From Planctomycetales bacterium (GTDB lineage: Bacteria > 4484-113): 64,000 nt of DNA. A program made the position numbers and the translations under genes. The notes under the pieces were generated by a model, which worked only from the letters and a program-made list of their open reading frames with translations, did not search any database and was not told where the DNA came from. Positions 18,164 through 28,234 of the stretch are shown here, piece after piece. Location: positions 1 to 64,000 of the forward strand of contig JBBIRS010000006.1 of the NCBI GenBank assembly GCA_037441675.1, in the 5' to 3' direction. Positions within the stretch are counted from its first letter, which is position 1; each line of letters opens with the position of its first letter.

Positions 18164-19684
18164 ATGTTAATAGTGATAGACAAGTCGGCTAACACACCCC
18201 TTTACCTCCAGATTAAGGAGCAGATAGTTTCAGCCATTAAAGCAGGAACCCTTTCGCCTGGTGTAGAAATTCCAAGTAGCAGACGCCTTGCAACTGAGCT
18301 TGGCGTATCTAGGAAGACTGTGTTGCAGGCTTACCTGGAACTATCCGCTGAGGGTTGGATTGACTCTAGAATGGGTTCTCGTACGTTCATTTCTAGGACG
18401 CTTCCCGGGGAAGCAATAGAAAAGATTGCGCCAGTTTGGCAGGATGTTGAAAAACCACCTCGCATCCAAAAAGGGGTGGAAATAAATTGGGATAAATACA
18501 TATTTAATGGCGAGAGCTTTGCTATCCCAAGATACTATGAACAATGGAAGGGAGAAGAACCATATATTAGTTTCGCTAAGGCGCTTCCTGACCCGAAGCA
18601 GTTTCCTTTTGGCAGAATAAAAAAGATAGTTAACCAACTACTATGGAACCCGCAAGAATTCTTCTTTGACCGTGGGCATCCTCAGGGCTATCAACCACTA
18701 GTAGGATATTTGGAAGAGACTTTAGCGCGTGACAAGATTGATTTACGTCCCGGTAGTAATGAAATTGTCGTTTGCAGTGGATTTCAAGTGGCTTTGAATT
18801 TGCTACTTACTCTCCTAATTAGGAATAAGGAAACAGTCTTCGTAGAGAATCCAACTTATGCAAGCATATTAAATTCTCTCATCGCAAGAAATATTCCCCA
18901 CGTTGGAATTCCCGTTGAAAATGACGGAATGGACATCGACTTTCTCAAGAAAGCTTTGCAAAAACATAGAGATAGATTAGGAGCTGTGATAACTGTGCCG
19001 ACACTGCATAATCCCACCGGGACAATGATGAGTAGGGAGAAACGTGAAGCGCTTATACTCTTGGCTCAGAAGTATCAAATACCAATCATTGAAGATGCTT
19101 ACGCTTTCTTTATGCAACTTCAAGCTGAAAGGTTGCCAACGTTAAAAGCGCATGATAGCGGAGGTCACGTTTTCCTGGTAGGAAGTTTCAGTAAAAGCTT
19201 TCTCCCAGGTCTAAGGATAGGCTTTATCTGCACACCAAGTAGAATCGCTGTGAGTCTAGTTAAACTCAAACGAGCCCTAGACCAAAGCGATAGCTTTTTC
19301 CTTCAAACTATCTTACTTGAATTTATCCAAAAGGGTTTTATGGATTTACATTTGCGAAAAATGTCTAAAATATACCGTGAGAGAATGCTTCTGATGGATT
19401 CTCAAATGAAAGAACATCTCCCCAGTGATTTTTCCTGGCAGTTGCCTCCCGGGGGTTTCTCGTTTTGGGTAAAAATGCCCAAGGGCTTACTCGGCAAATC
19501 TCTCCTAGAGTATGCTATAAAAGAAGGAGTGGATTTTGCACCCGCAAGCTTGTTCTTTGTAGGTAAAAAGGACACAAACTTCATACGACTAGCGTTCAGC
19601 CAATTAACTCATGAGGAAATAAAGGTTGGATTGAAAAGGTTAGGCAGTGCTATTAGGCGATACCGAAAGGGTGAAAATAAATGA
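18164..19684 (+). CDS. MocR/GabR-family regulator (GntR wHTH plus PLP aminotransferase-like domain)
   Basis: PLYLQI, PSSRRLATELGVSRKTV..AY.EL, HNPTG, IIEDAY, SFSKSFLPGLRIG. Confidence 0.93.
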   Translation: MLIVIDKSANTPLYLQIKEQIVSAIKAGTLSPGVEIPSSRRLATELGVSRKTVLQAYLELSAEGWIDSRMGSRTFISRTLPGEAIEKIAPVWQDVEKPPRIQKGVEINWDKYIFNGESFAIPRYYEQWKGEEPYISFAKALPDPKQFPFGRIKKIVNQLLWNPQEFFFDRGHPQGYQPLVGYLEETLARDKIDLRPGSNEIVVCSGFQVALNLLLTLLIRNKETVFVENPTYASILNSLIARNIPHVGIPVENDGMDIDFLKKALQKHRDRLGAVITVPTLHNPTGTMMSREKREALILLAQKYQIPIIEDAYAFFMQLQAERLPTLKAHDSGGHVFLVGSFSKSFLPGLRIGFICTPSRIAVSLVKLKRALDQSDSFFLQTILLEFIQKGFMDLHLRKMSKIYRERMLLMDSQMKEHLPSDFSWQLPPGGFSFWVKMPKGLLGKSLLEYAIKEGVDFAPASLFFVGKKDTNFIRLAFSQLTHEEIKVGLKRLGSAIRRYRKGENK

Positions 19685-20796
19685 AAAGCGCTTATCGCAG
19701 AACCTTCAAAATTCAGCTGAGAAACTTATTAGTGGGTTTTCTCCTTTTGGTTCAAGTTCTTTTACTTGTTTCCTGTGGGGGGGGACGCAAACCAATAAGA
19801 CCTATACCTCCTCCACCACCGCCACCTCCTCCACCTCCCACTGAAAGCCCAATTGAGGAATACAAAAAAGAACTTGAAGAGAAATTGGAACCCTGGGAGT
19901 CGCCGGATAAGGGTGCAGTTAAGGGAACACTAACTATTACCGGTCTTACCATTCTGAATAATCAGACCTTAGAACCAGCAAAACCGCCAAGAGTTTTTGA
20001 TTATGTTCTTACTAGAATCGTTGACCCTGAAGATGATATTGGCAGTATTGACATTCCTGAACCTGATGGAACTTTCCTACATTCAAACGTTGCTCCACTA
20101 GATATTGGCTATCTTGAAGTTACTTTCTTCGTGGCAGAGGATTTAGACGGCGACGGACAAGGAATGGACAACGTGTTCTTAAGAACTCCAATTCAAATAG
20201 AACCTCAGGTGACGAGTGTAGTTGATATAAATATTGGAGTGCCATCATCAGATGAGTATCCAGATCCGCCAACGCTTGGGGCATATCCAGAAACTCGTCC
20301 CCGCCCGTTGAAAGTTATCTCTGAGTATCTTGGCCCTGAGGGTGAGCGTAGGAACGCTTTTGCTATGTTCCAGTGGTTAGGCAAGCAGATCCGTGATTTG
20401 AACCTTAACGGTAAATTTGAGCTGGAAGAAGGACTTTTGGATGATAGGAACAACGATGGTCTGATAGATGATGTTCAGGAAATTGAGCGTGATGCCCCAA
20501 GCCTGCCTCCAGCAAGTCTTGAAGGTGTGATTGAGGACGTTATCATTGCTCCGCAAAGGGGTATTGAACTTGTAATTCGTGAGAAACTTGCTACTCATGA
20601 ACGCAGGGTTAGAGTTCTTATAGTTGAAAGGACTGTAGTTTTAATTTCTTCCCCAGATGGCAATCAGTTTACGCAAGCTCCCGTTAGACCTTCTGAACTC
20701 ATTGGAAAGCTTGCCGTAGTGGATGCTTTTATTCTGCCAGATGGTACTCTCATTGCTAACTTGATCATAGTCTTACCCAACGACGAGCATGGCTAG
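19681..20796 (+). CDS. Lipoprotein with poly-Pro linker, DxDxDG Ca-binding loops and DUF5666-like C-terminus
   Basis: LLLVSC lipobox, run of 11 Pro, DLDGDG, DLNLNG, DRNNDG; ATGA overlap with mocR. Confidence 0.7.
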   Translation: MKSAYRRTFKIQLRNLLVGFLLLVQVLLLVSCGGGRKPIRPIPPPPPPPPPPPTESPIEEYKKELEEKLEPWESPDKGAVKGTLTITGLTILNNQTLEPAKPPRVFDYVLTRIVDPEDDIGSIDIPEPDGTFLHSNVAPLDIGYLEVTFFVAEDLDGDGQGMDNVFLRTPIQIEPQVTSVVDINIGVPSSDEYPDPPTLGAYPETRPRPLKVISEYLGPEGERRNAFAMFQWLGKQIRDLNLNGKFELEEGLLDDRNNDGLIDDVQEIERDAPSLPPASLEGVIEDVIIAPQRGIELVIREKLATHERRVRVLIVERTVVLISSPDGNQFTQAPVRPSELIGKLAVVDAFILPDGTLIANLIIVLPNDEHG

Positions 20797-21076
20797 ATGA
20801 GCCACGTCCTCGTGAGACTTAATTTTGAAATATGACTAATACTTAAGTCAGCTTATGGCTTTGCCATTTGTGAGGAAATATTAGTAGATGGTTGCGTTTA
20901 TTCAATTCAAGGAGATTTAAGTTACTTTTTTACCTTTACTAACGATTTCGCCAATTTGGTTTCGCTTAAGCGGTTAAATAAAGCTTCATTATTTTATTCA
21001 AGAAGTTAAGAATCTAAGAGTTTCTCTTTGATTCTAGTGTGTTAAAATAAGCGTATTTCTAAACAAGGAGTAAAAT

Positions 21077-22330
21077 ATGGATGTAAAAGTTTCTGAGCTT
21101 AGCGCTGTGGAGCAGATTGATGATTACAAGGGGAAGCCCACCATCCTGATACTTGGAACTGGGACTATCGCATACCCATTTAGTGTGCTTTTGAGAAAGA
21201 GCTTGCCGGAGGATTCGAGGATACTTGTGGCGAAAAAGTCAGCGATATCTGAGAATTTGGCGAGATTAAGACGTTTGCGAGAACTGGATGGTATTGGTTT
21301 TGCAGTCTGGAAGAAGGATTACGAGGAATTTAAGAAAACGACCCTTGCAGGAGAAAGGTATAAAATTGACGCCACCGTAGAAGAAGTTTCCGCTGAGGCT
21401 AATTTGATAATGGATTGCACGGGAGCGGATATTCGCGAGTGGACGGAGGAGCTACTTTCAACGCGTTCACCACGGGACTTTCGGGGCATTGCAGTGGAAG
21501 GCTCAGTCAAAGGTTTTGGACCTTACTTTATGTATGGTGTTACGGATGAAGTCATTGATTTTTCCGTTAACAGAAAAATTCAAATTCCATCGTGCAACAC
21601 TCACTGTTTGACCAGCATTATCTGGGCGCTATCATCCCTTGGAAAAGAACTAAGATCCTTTCGTCAAATTGTATGTTTTATTGATAGAAGAAATCAAGAT
21701 AAGGGTAAGGCAGGTGACGCGGTTCACACCCTTACCTATGAGCCGATTAAGGATGAGGAGTACGGGACCCATCAGGCAAAGGATGCAGCTAAAGTCTTGC
21801 AATTGGCATTGGGGGAAAATTATCCTTCACATTTAAGGTTGGTATCTCATGCGCAGAAGTCACCTCAACCCTTTATGCATGCCACCTACTTCTCAATCAC
21901 GGTGGAAGGCGCTTGGACAAAAGAAATTGTTCATGAAAAGCTTTCCTCATTTAAGCCTGTCGATTCAGACATTGAGGGGAAGAGTTTGGATGTTCCTTTT
22001 ATAGCCTTTACGGATTATTCTTCAATGGGTCAAATTTACGAGGAGTATTGCCTTCAGGGATTATCAAGTAGAGGTTATGACTATGCGGTGGTCCTGAACA
22101 GCCAAACCCAAGTTATTAGCTGGCCATGTGGAAAGAGTTGTAGCGCAGAGCTACCCGGCGAAAACGAGCTGACCTTTTCTACTATTATGCTTTCTACCCT
22201 CACTCCTCAAGAGGGAAACGTTATTATTAGTAATCTTGCCTGTGCACTGAAGTTTTTATATCCAAACTCTTACCGTTCACGCGTAAATCAAGTAATTCAG
22301 GATAACCACCTTCTCTTTGGTAGGGTTTAA
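21077..22330 (+). CDS. Divergent class II (archaeal-type) GAPDH-like NAD(P)-dependent dehydrogenase
   Basis: ILGTGTIA Rossmann loop, IMDCT, SCNTH catalytic Cys motif, RR..D, YGTHQAKD, FMH; AAGGAG RBS. Confidence 0.7.
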   Translation: MDVKVSELSAVEQIDDYKGKPTILILGTGTIAYPFSVLLRKSLPEDSRILVAKKSAISENLARLRRLRELDGIGFAVWKKDYEEFKKTTLAGERYKIDATVEEVSAEANLIMDCTGADIREWTEELLSTRSPRDFRGIAVEGSVKGFGPYFMYGVTDEVIDFSVNRKIQIPSCNTHCLTSIIWALSSLGKELRSFRQIVCFIDRRNQDKGKAGDAVHTLTYEPIKDEEYGTHQAKDAAKVLQLALGENYPSHLRLVSHAQKSPQPFMHATYFSITVEGAWTKEIVHEKLSSFKPVDSDIEGKSLDVPFIAFTDYSSMGQIYEEYCLQGLSSRGYDYAVVLNSQTQVISWPCGKSCSAELPGENELTFSTIMLSTLTPQEGNVIISNLACALKFLYPNSYRSRVNQVIQDNHLLFGRV

Positions 22331-22420
22331 TTCTACCTGTGTGGGCTAGCGTTAACTTTGTAAAATATAAGAATTTGAGTGAAATTAATAAAAGCCCACG
22401 AAAGTTATCCACTCTCCATC

Positions 22421-23497
22421 TTATCTGCTAAGAAGTTCCACGAGCTCTATTACCGTTGAGTTCAATGGTGTTGGTATGCCATACCTCTCACCTAGGGTTG
22501 CGATTACATGATTAAGAAATCTAATCTCAGTTGGTTCTTTCCTCGCAATATCTATCGTCATGGAACTTAAATTTGAGGCAGTTAAATTGCTGACCTCTTC
22601 AACTTCGTTTAACATTCCTTCAAGGGTGATGCTCTCTCCTGTTGGTGGCAAGAAGTGCGCTTTTTGAATTACTCGGAAGATTTCGCTGAGCAAACAGTTC
22701 CTCACATCCCTTGCCCATTTCTCCATCAGAAACCCGTTCCTACTACCAGTAATTCCAGTAAGTGGATTGATTATGCAGTTTATTATCGCCTTTTTAAGCA
22801 TTATGGGGTAGATGTCCGCGATTACCTCCGCTCGCAGTATCGTTTCATCCAACGAATTACAGAAGGTTTCCAGAAATTCAAGCTCGTTTAAGTTGTATAT
22901 AAGCGCACCTGCAGGCGTTTCCTCGGTAAAACTTAATAGAAAACTCGCGTGGGGAGACTTTATCCTACCAATTACAAGTTTTCCACCCATCCCAACTGAT
23001 AAATGGTTTGATTCGCAGTATCCTCCTCCGAATAGGACCCCAAGGTCAAATCCAGGGTTCAACCAAAATCCATTTGTTATGAAAACCTTAAACGCGGGGA
23101 TCATTTTTATAGCTGATCTGAGTGGGAAAATATCATAAGCTTTTACGCAGGATAAAACCAAGTTCGGTTCTACAGAAACAAGTTCCTGAACGTCTCCAAG
23201 AAGTTTTATCTTATCAGTTTTAATTACGATACTCGGACGTTCCTTTGGCAGTAGAAGAAATCCTGGAATTTTCTCTTCTTCCTGAATTTGAGATATCCTC
23301 TCATCTTCACTGGGCGAAAATTGTTCAATCGTATTAGACTTTTGGATGTGAACATTGATGCCTTCGTCTCTAATTAATTCCCTAAGCGCATTGTTTCTCA
23401 CCACCCAACAAATATCAAGCTCCTTGCCTTTTCCCCTTAAGAGAGCAGATACTATCATCATACCTACTGCACCAGCTCCAACTATTGCTAGTTTCAC
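22421..23497 (-). CDS. panE: Ketopantoate reductase family protein
   Basis: IVGAGAVG, VKAYD, KAIINCIINPLT, SSM..D....PTEI..LN, GIPTPLN. Confidence 0.82.
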   Translation of the reverse strand: MKLAIVGAGAVGMMIVSALLRGKGKELDICWVVRNNALRELIRDEGINVHIQKSNTIEQFSPSEDERISQIQEEEKIPGFLLLPKERPSIVIKTDKIKLLGDVQELVSVEPNLVLSCVKAYDIFPLRSAIKMIPAFKVFITNGFWLNPGFDLGVLFGGGYCESNHLSVGMGGKLVIGRIKSPHASFLLSFTEETPAGALIYNLNELEFLETFCNSLDETILRAEVIADIYPIMLKKAIINCIINPLTGITGSRNGFLMEKWARDVRNCLLSEIFRVIQKAHFLPPTGESITLEGMLNEVEEVSNLTASNLSSMTIDIARKEPTEIRFLNHVIATLGERYGIPTPLNSTVIELVELLSR

Positions 23498-23499
23498 TC

Positions 23500-26445
23500 T
23501 TAACTCCTTATTCCAGAAAGAAAATCATTGATTTTATTCATTATTTCAGTTTGCTTAACTTGTTCAATCCTTGGCTTTGGAAGATTATCCAAAAAGCTGC
23601 GACCATAAGCCTTAGTCATAATCCTTTTATCCATCACTATTACACAACCGTAATCCTTCTTTCCCCTAATAAGCCTGCCAAACCCTTGAGTAAAGCGGAT
23701 TATGGCTGTGGGGAGCATAAAGTTGAGGAAAGAATCAATTCCCTCACTTTCCAAAAATCTAATTTTACCGTTGGTCATTGGATCTTTGATGTTGGGGAAC
23801 GGTAGTTTACTTATTATTACACATTTGAGATCCTCTCCCTTTACATCAAAGCCTTCCCAGAAACTGCGGGTGCCTAAAAGCACTGCCCCTTTTGACTTTC
23901 TGAAATCCTGTGCGAGGCTTAAGCGAGAAACTGCCCGAGACTGAACTATTGGTGTTAAACCAGAATCAACAAGCTCTTCATAGCATAATTCCTTGGTGCG
24001 GTTCAAATCAGAATAGGAATTAAAAAGGACTAAAACGTTTCCTTCAAAACATCTAGCGCTTTCTGTTATTGTGATTGCTAGGCTTTCTAGGTACTTGGAA
24101 TAACGCTCTTTATCAAGAAAATCCGGCTCCGGTACATCTATTGGCAAAATTACTAAAGCTCTTTCCTTAAAGTTGAAAGGGCTGGCTAGTTTTGCCTCAA
24201 GAAGTTTTTCCGAGCCCAAGGCGTCAAGGTTGAGAGCCTGCTTAAAGAAGTTGAAATTACCTCTGATCGAGATTGTGCCGGAAACCATTGTTACACTATC
24301 CTTAGTAATTACGAATTCGGAAAAGACATTTCCGACCGTCACAGGGGAGGCGCACAGGCGATAGAAATATCCTTCTTCATATTTCCTTGGCTTGACCTCT
24401 AACCACCTGACTATGTGTGTTTCTTCTATGAGAAGATTAGAGCTGGCCTCAATTAGTTCCGCTAAATAGTTTGTTGTTTCCCTAAGTTGAATTTGGTATT
24501 TATTGTCGTCAATTTCAAAGAGTTCTTTTCCTTCAACCCTTAAAGTCTTTTCATAGAGGAATGCTAGGTGGTAATTAAATTCGCGTAGTATATGGTTTAA
24601 GTTTGTGATAACCTCAAAGAATTGCTCTTTCAGGATATTTTTTTCTTCCTCTGGATGAGACGTAAATTCAAATTGGAGAATTTCCTCATCTCTATCTCGA
24701 AAGTTTAAGTAGAGAATCTCGGAGAGGTGGGTAAGTTCCCTATGTATGTGTTGAATCTCTTCAGCGAACTCTGGAACCTTCATTCTTATTGCTGATAGCC
24801 TGGCTTTATCATTCCTCTCTTCTTCAGTGAGATTCTCTTCAGGAATAGAAAGTCTATTTAAGAGTGCCTTGTTATCGGTTAGCCTTAGGAGTGAATTTGT
24901 GAAGTCAGTTATGTTAAATGAGTTTATCTCGCTACGTAAGGCAGAAAGTATTGCATCTTCTAAACTATGAGCTTCATCCAGGATGAAGTAACGGGTCTTA
25001 TCCACGAAATTGGAAAGCGCATCGGTTGCCTCTAATCCCAGGTGATAAAGGGAGAATAAAAGAGCATGGTTAAGTATGATTAGAGGAGATTTCTCTGCCA
25101 ATTCGCGCTGTGAGTAGAAGAAACAATTCTTAAACAGAGGACATCTTTCCCGCAAGCATCCTCTAAAAGCACAGCTTAGGCTTTCCCTCACGCTAGCCTG
25201 AAACTCATCTTCCTCCTGAAAACCCAGAAACAATCTTTCAAAGTCGCCAATAAATTCAACTAAAATTCTCACCGTTAAGTTCAGTAAAGATAAAACTTGG
25301 AAACGTTCCTCTTGTGAGTTGGGCTGGCGTTTACCCGCAGAATGCGCTAACTCTTCAATTAGTTCAGACAAGCTCTCAATATCGCCAAAAAGCTTCAGTC
25401 TCATCTTCTCTAGACAGACGTAGTTTTCCCTTCCTTTAAGTATCACAGGAGGTGGGATCGGGCGAGAAAGAAGCTCTCTAAGGCGGACGTAGTCTGAGTT
25501 CAATATCTGCTCCTGAAGAAATTTTGTGTAAGTTGAGATAATCACTGGCTCGCCCTTGTCAAAGGCAGTGTGGTAACATGGGATTAAGTAACCGATAGAT
25601 TTTCCAACTCCAGTTCCCGCTTCAATTATTAAATGCTTCTTTTTCTCAAAAGCAGACTCAACGAGTAGCGAGAATTCTTCCTGCTCTGCCCTATACTCAA
25701 AATCATCAAGCGAATTTTCCCTTTCTGCAAGTATTCTGAAAATGTCCTTTGTATTTTCTACTATTTTTTGTGTTACGACTTGGGAAGTTTGTGAATCGTT
25801 TTTTGTAAATTTCGATAATTCATCAACTATTTCCCTAGCTGAGATTGTTTCTGCAAAGGGTGAGATAACTCTTTCTTCTGGCGGCAAGAATAACGCAGAA
25901 GGAAGACCAGCATAGTTAGCGACTATCGCTAGACGATACCTTATATCCTCAGAGAGTGTTCGTACCTTGGCCAAGAAAGTAAGGAGGTAAATTAAAGCGC
26001 TAATTAGCTTACTCTTTACCTCGGAATCGCAAATTTGATTGATTTGATCCTTGCCAAGTTTAATCGTGAATGGGTGAAAAGTGTCCCTTTCAATTTGAGT
26101 GAGAAGGGTTTTCATATTTGTGTCCAAGTCAGAGCTTAAGCGCGTTAAACATAAAAGTTCGCGGTAAGAAATGAAGATATTCTTTTGAAGCTTTAGCCTG
26201 TCCTTGTCAGCAGGAGGAATAAAAATGAAGCAATCCACGTCTTTTGAATTGAGAAACTCCTCACTATCTGAAGTTCTGAAGTGAAGTTTGACTTTCAAAC
26301 TTTCCTGAACATCAATATCCAAAAGAGTGTAAAGTCCACTGTTATCCGAGGAAATTATCAGAAACTTAGGCACTACGAAAAATTTTATCAAGTTGGAGTA
26401 AGTATTGAAGCTTAAGTTATCAAACCTCAAGCAAAAAATATTCAA
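23500..26445 (-). CDS. dinG: DinG-family Fe-S helicase with divergent N-terminus
   Basis: EYRAEQ, EAGTGVGKS, KGRENYVC, Cys cluster, DEAH, SFWEGFDV, QGFGRLIR. Confidence 0.9.
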   Translation of the reverse strand: MNIFCLRFDNLSFNTYSNLIKFFVVPKFLIISSDNSGLYTLLDIDVQESLKVKLHFRTSDSEEFLNSKDVDCFIFIPPADKDRLKLQKNIFISYRELLCLTRLSSDLDTNMKTLLTQIERDTFHPFTIKLGKDQINQICDSEVKSKLISALIYLLTFLAKVRTLSEDIRYRLAIVANYAGLPSALFLPPEERVISPFAETISAREIVDELSKFTKNDSQTSQVVTQKIVENTKDIFRILAERENSLDDFEYRAEQEEFSLLVESAFEKKKHLIIEAGTGVGKSIGYLIPCYHTAFDKGEPVIISTYTKFLQEQILNSDYVRLRELLSRPIPPPVILKGRENYVCLEKMRLKLFGDIESLSELIEELAHSAGKRQPNSQEERFQVLSLLNLTVRILVEFIGDFERLFLGFQEEDEFQASVRESLSCAFRGCLRERCPLFKNCFFYSQRELAEKSPLIILNHALLFSLYHLGLEATDALSNFVDKTRYFILDEAHSLEDAILSALRSEINSFNITDFTNSLLRLTDNKALLNRLSIPEENLTEEERNDKARLSAIRMKVPEFAEEIQHIHRELTHLSEILYLNFRDRDEEILQFEFTSHPEEEKNILKEQFFEVITNLNHILREFNYHLAFLYEKTLRVEGKELFEIDDNKYQIQLRETTNYLAELIEASSNLLIEETHIVRWLEVKPRKYEEGYFYRLCASPVTVGNVFSEFVITKDSVTMVSGTISIRGNFNFFKQALNLDALGSEKLLEAKLASPFNFKERALVILPIDVPEPDFLDKERYSKYLESLAITITESARCFEGNVLVLFNSYSDLNRTKELCYEELVDSGLTPIVQSRAVSRLSLAQDFRKSKGAVLLGTRSFWEGFDVKGEDLKCVIISKLPFPNIKDPMTNGKIRFLESEGIDSFLNFMLPTAIIRFTQGFGRLIRGKKDYGCVIVMDKRIMTKAYGRSFLDNLPKPRIEQVKQTEIMNKINDFLSGIRS

Positions 26446-26637
26446 ACTTTAACAATATCTAATACCTTAAATTACTCATTGATAAAGTATACCTGCTGTT
26501 GAGGTTCATTCAACAATAGAACTTGAGCCACTGAAAACTTGTGGACAGAAAAGATTATCCCATCTATCGGCAACTTTTCAGACTAAAAGAATCAAGGGAT
26601 TACTGGCTTGATGCGAAGGTGGTGGATTTCATTGTTA

Positions 26638-27468
26638 TTACTTTCCGAGGATACCTCTTGCTTGATGGCAAGCTAGGCATGGATTTTTCCCATGGCACAA
26701 TACGCAAGTTTCAGGCTTTCCTTTAACCTCTTGATTATGCCTATCCAGGTAATTCTTTGGATGTGGCATTTCAATTCCGTGGCAATCTATACAGAAGTTC
26801 GGCTTCACGTGACATCTATTGCAGTCTGTTTCGCCACCACTTCCTCGTCTTCCTCCTTTTGCCATTGAGGAAAGCTCCACCTTTCCGTGAGTCTTGATTA
26901 TGTTAACCCCACGATGAAATTCTGGCATAACTTCTTCCCATTTGGGATGGCAGGTTGAGCAGGAAGTTGGCGCTTTCATCTTTTCATGGCATTCAAGGCA
27001 GGCAAGCATGCTTACCCTTAAACCTTTGCTATGAACACCAATCTTATGGCACTGCCCACAAGCTACTCTGCCACCCAAATGACGACTGTGGCTGAAGATG
27101 AGAGCCACAGGTGTTGTAGCGGAAACTGGAAACATTTCCTTGGTGGGAGCACGAGCGCTGTGGCAATCGGAACATGGCTTGACCTCCTTGTATTCGGTAA
27201 TATGGGATACTCGGAAAATACTATCAGGGTCAAGGCTGTGTGGTGGATGGCACTTTCCGCAAAGCTCACCATTTTCAAGAACTCCGTCCACCCTTATTGG
27301 CTGGACTTTTACCTGTTCGGGATCTACAAAGATTACTTTACTTCCTCTACCAACAAATATTTGCTCCAATTCTTCCGGATTCGGCAGTTTTGCTAAACTG
27401 CAGGAGGTAGACCAGTAACCCAAGAGTACTGCAAAGACTAGCCAGAAGATATTTAACAACTTAGACAT
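26638..27468 (-). CDS. Nonaheme c-type cytochrome, N-terminally anchored (possible lipoprotein)
   Basis: 9 CxxCH motifs (CGKCH, CSDCH, CGQCH, CLECH, CSTCH, CNRCH, CIDCH, CVLCH, CLACH); c3/c7-like FSHSRH. Confidence 0.9.
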   Translation of the reverse strand: MSKLLNIFWLVFAVLLGYWSTSCSLAKLPNPEELEQIFVGRGSKVIFVDPEQVKVQPIRVDGVLENGELCGKCHPPHSLDPDSIFRVSHITEYKEVKPCSDCHSARAPTKEMFPVSATTPVALIFSHSRHLGGRVACGQCHKIGVHSKGLRVSMLACLECHEKMKAPTSCSTCHPKWEEVMPEFHRGVNIIKTHGKVELSSMAKGGRRGSGGETDCNRCHVKPNFCIDCHGIEMPHPKNYLDRHNQEVKGKPETCVLCHGKNPCLACHQARGILGK

Positions 27469-28234
27469 CTTCTTGAACTTTTCCCTCCATCTTGAGACGT
27501 TCGTATTCTAGTGGTCTTTCACGTCTAAGCTCTTCAAGTTCAACTTTTCCAGTAATCCAAAGTGGATCCATTGGATAAACACGCGGATTTAGATGAACAA
27601 AGTAGAGGTGCCAAATGAAGATGGCAAGCCCTGCCAACCAAGCTTCATAGTCGTGAATAAGTAAGGCTAAATCATTTATCCAATCAAAGATGTATTTAGA
27701 TGAAAAGACGGGAAACCATAGTACGAGCCCTGAGAGAATCATCACCGTATTTCCCCAAACTACCGCAAAATACTCAAACTTCTCAATGTAGTTATATCGG
27801 TCATAGCTAGCAGGGCTAGTGGATAGTCCTATCCAATAGCTTACGTCTGAAAGAAAATCCGTTAAGTCTTTCAAGCGAGGGAAAATGCTGAGGGATTTCA
27901 CGCCTCTAAGGTACATTTTCGTTAAGTAGAAGAGATGGTATATGGAAACTGAGATAAGACCAACAGCGGCGATTCTGTGGATGATGCCCGCTCCTTTAAC
28001 TCCGCCAAAAATCCACATAACGTACTTGCTGGCGGGAAGATGTGCAAACCTAAGTGGCCATCCCGTGATTATTAAAAGAATGAAACTGATGGCCAAAACC
28101 ATATGCTGGTAAACCTGACTCTTGTTCCATCTTTCGTAACTTGGAACTTCTGGAACTTCTGGAGCAGGTAATTTGCGTTTGACTTCTTTTAGCCTTTTTC
28201 TGCGTAAACGCAATAACTCTTTAGGGATTTGCAT
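27461..28234 (-). CDS. Di-heme cytochrome b (FdnI/HyaC/CbcL-b type)
   Basis: 4 TM with His ligands (QH, IHR, IHDYEA, WHLY); RYNYIEKFEYFAVVWG. Confidence 0.9.
   Translation of the reverse strand: MQIPKELLRLRRKRLKEVKRKLPAPEVPEVPSYERWNKSQVYQHMVLAISFILLIITGWPLRFAHLPASKYVMWIFGGVKGAGIIHRIAAVGLISVSIYHLFYLTKMYLRGVKSLSIFPRLKDLTDFLSDVSYWIGLSTSPASYDRYNYIEKFEYFAVVWGNTVMILSGLVLWFPVFSSKYIFDWINDLALLIHDYEAWLAGLAIFIWHLYFVHLNPRVYPMDPLWITGKVELEELRRERPLEYERLKMEGKVQEDV

Noticed and set aside
19805..19840. CCN-rich tract as a contingency repeat
   Set aside because: It is made of mixed Pro codons encoding a poly-Pro linker, not a pure slippage tract.
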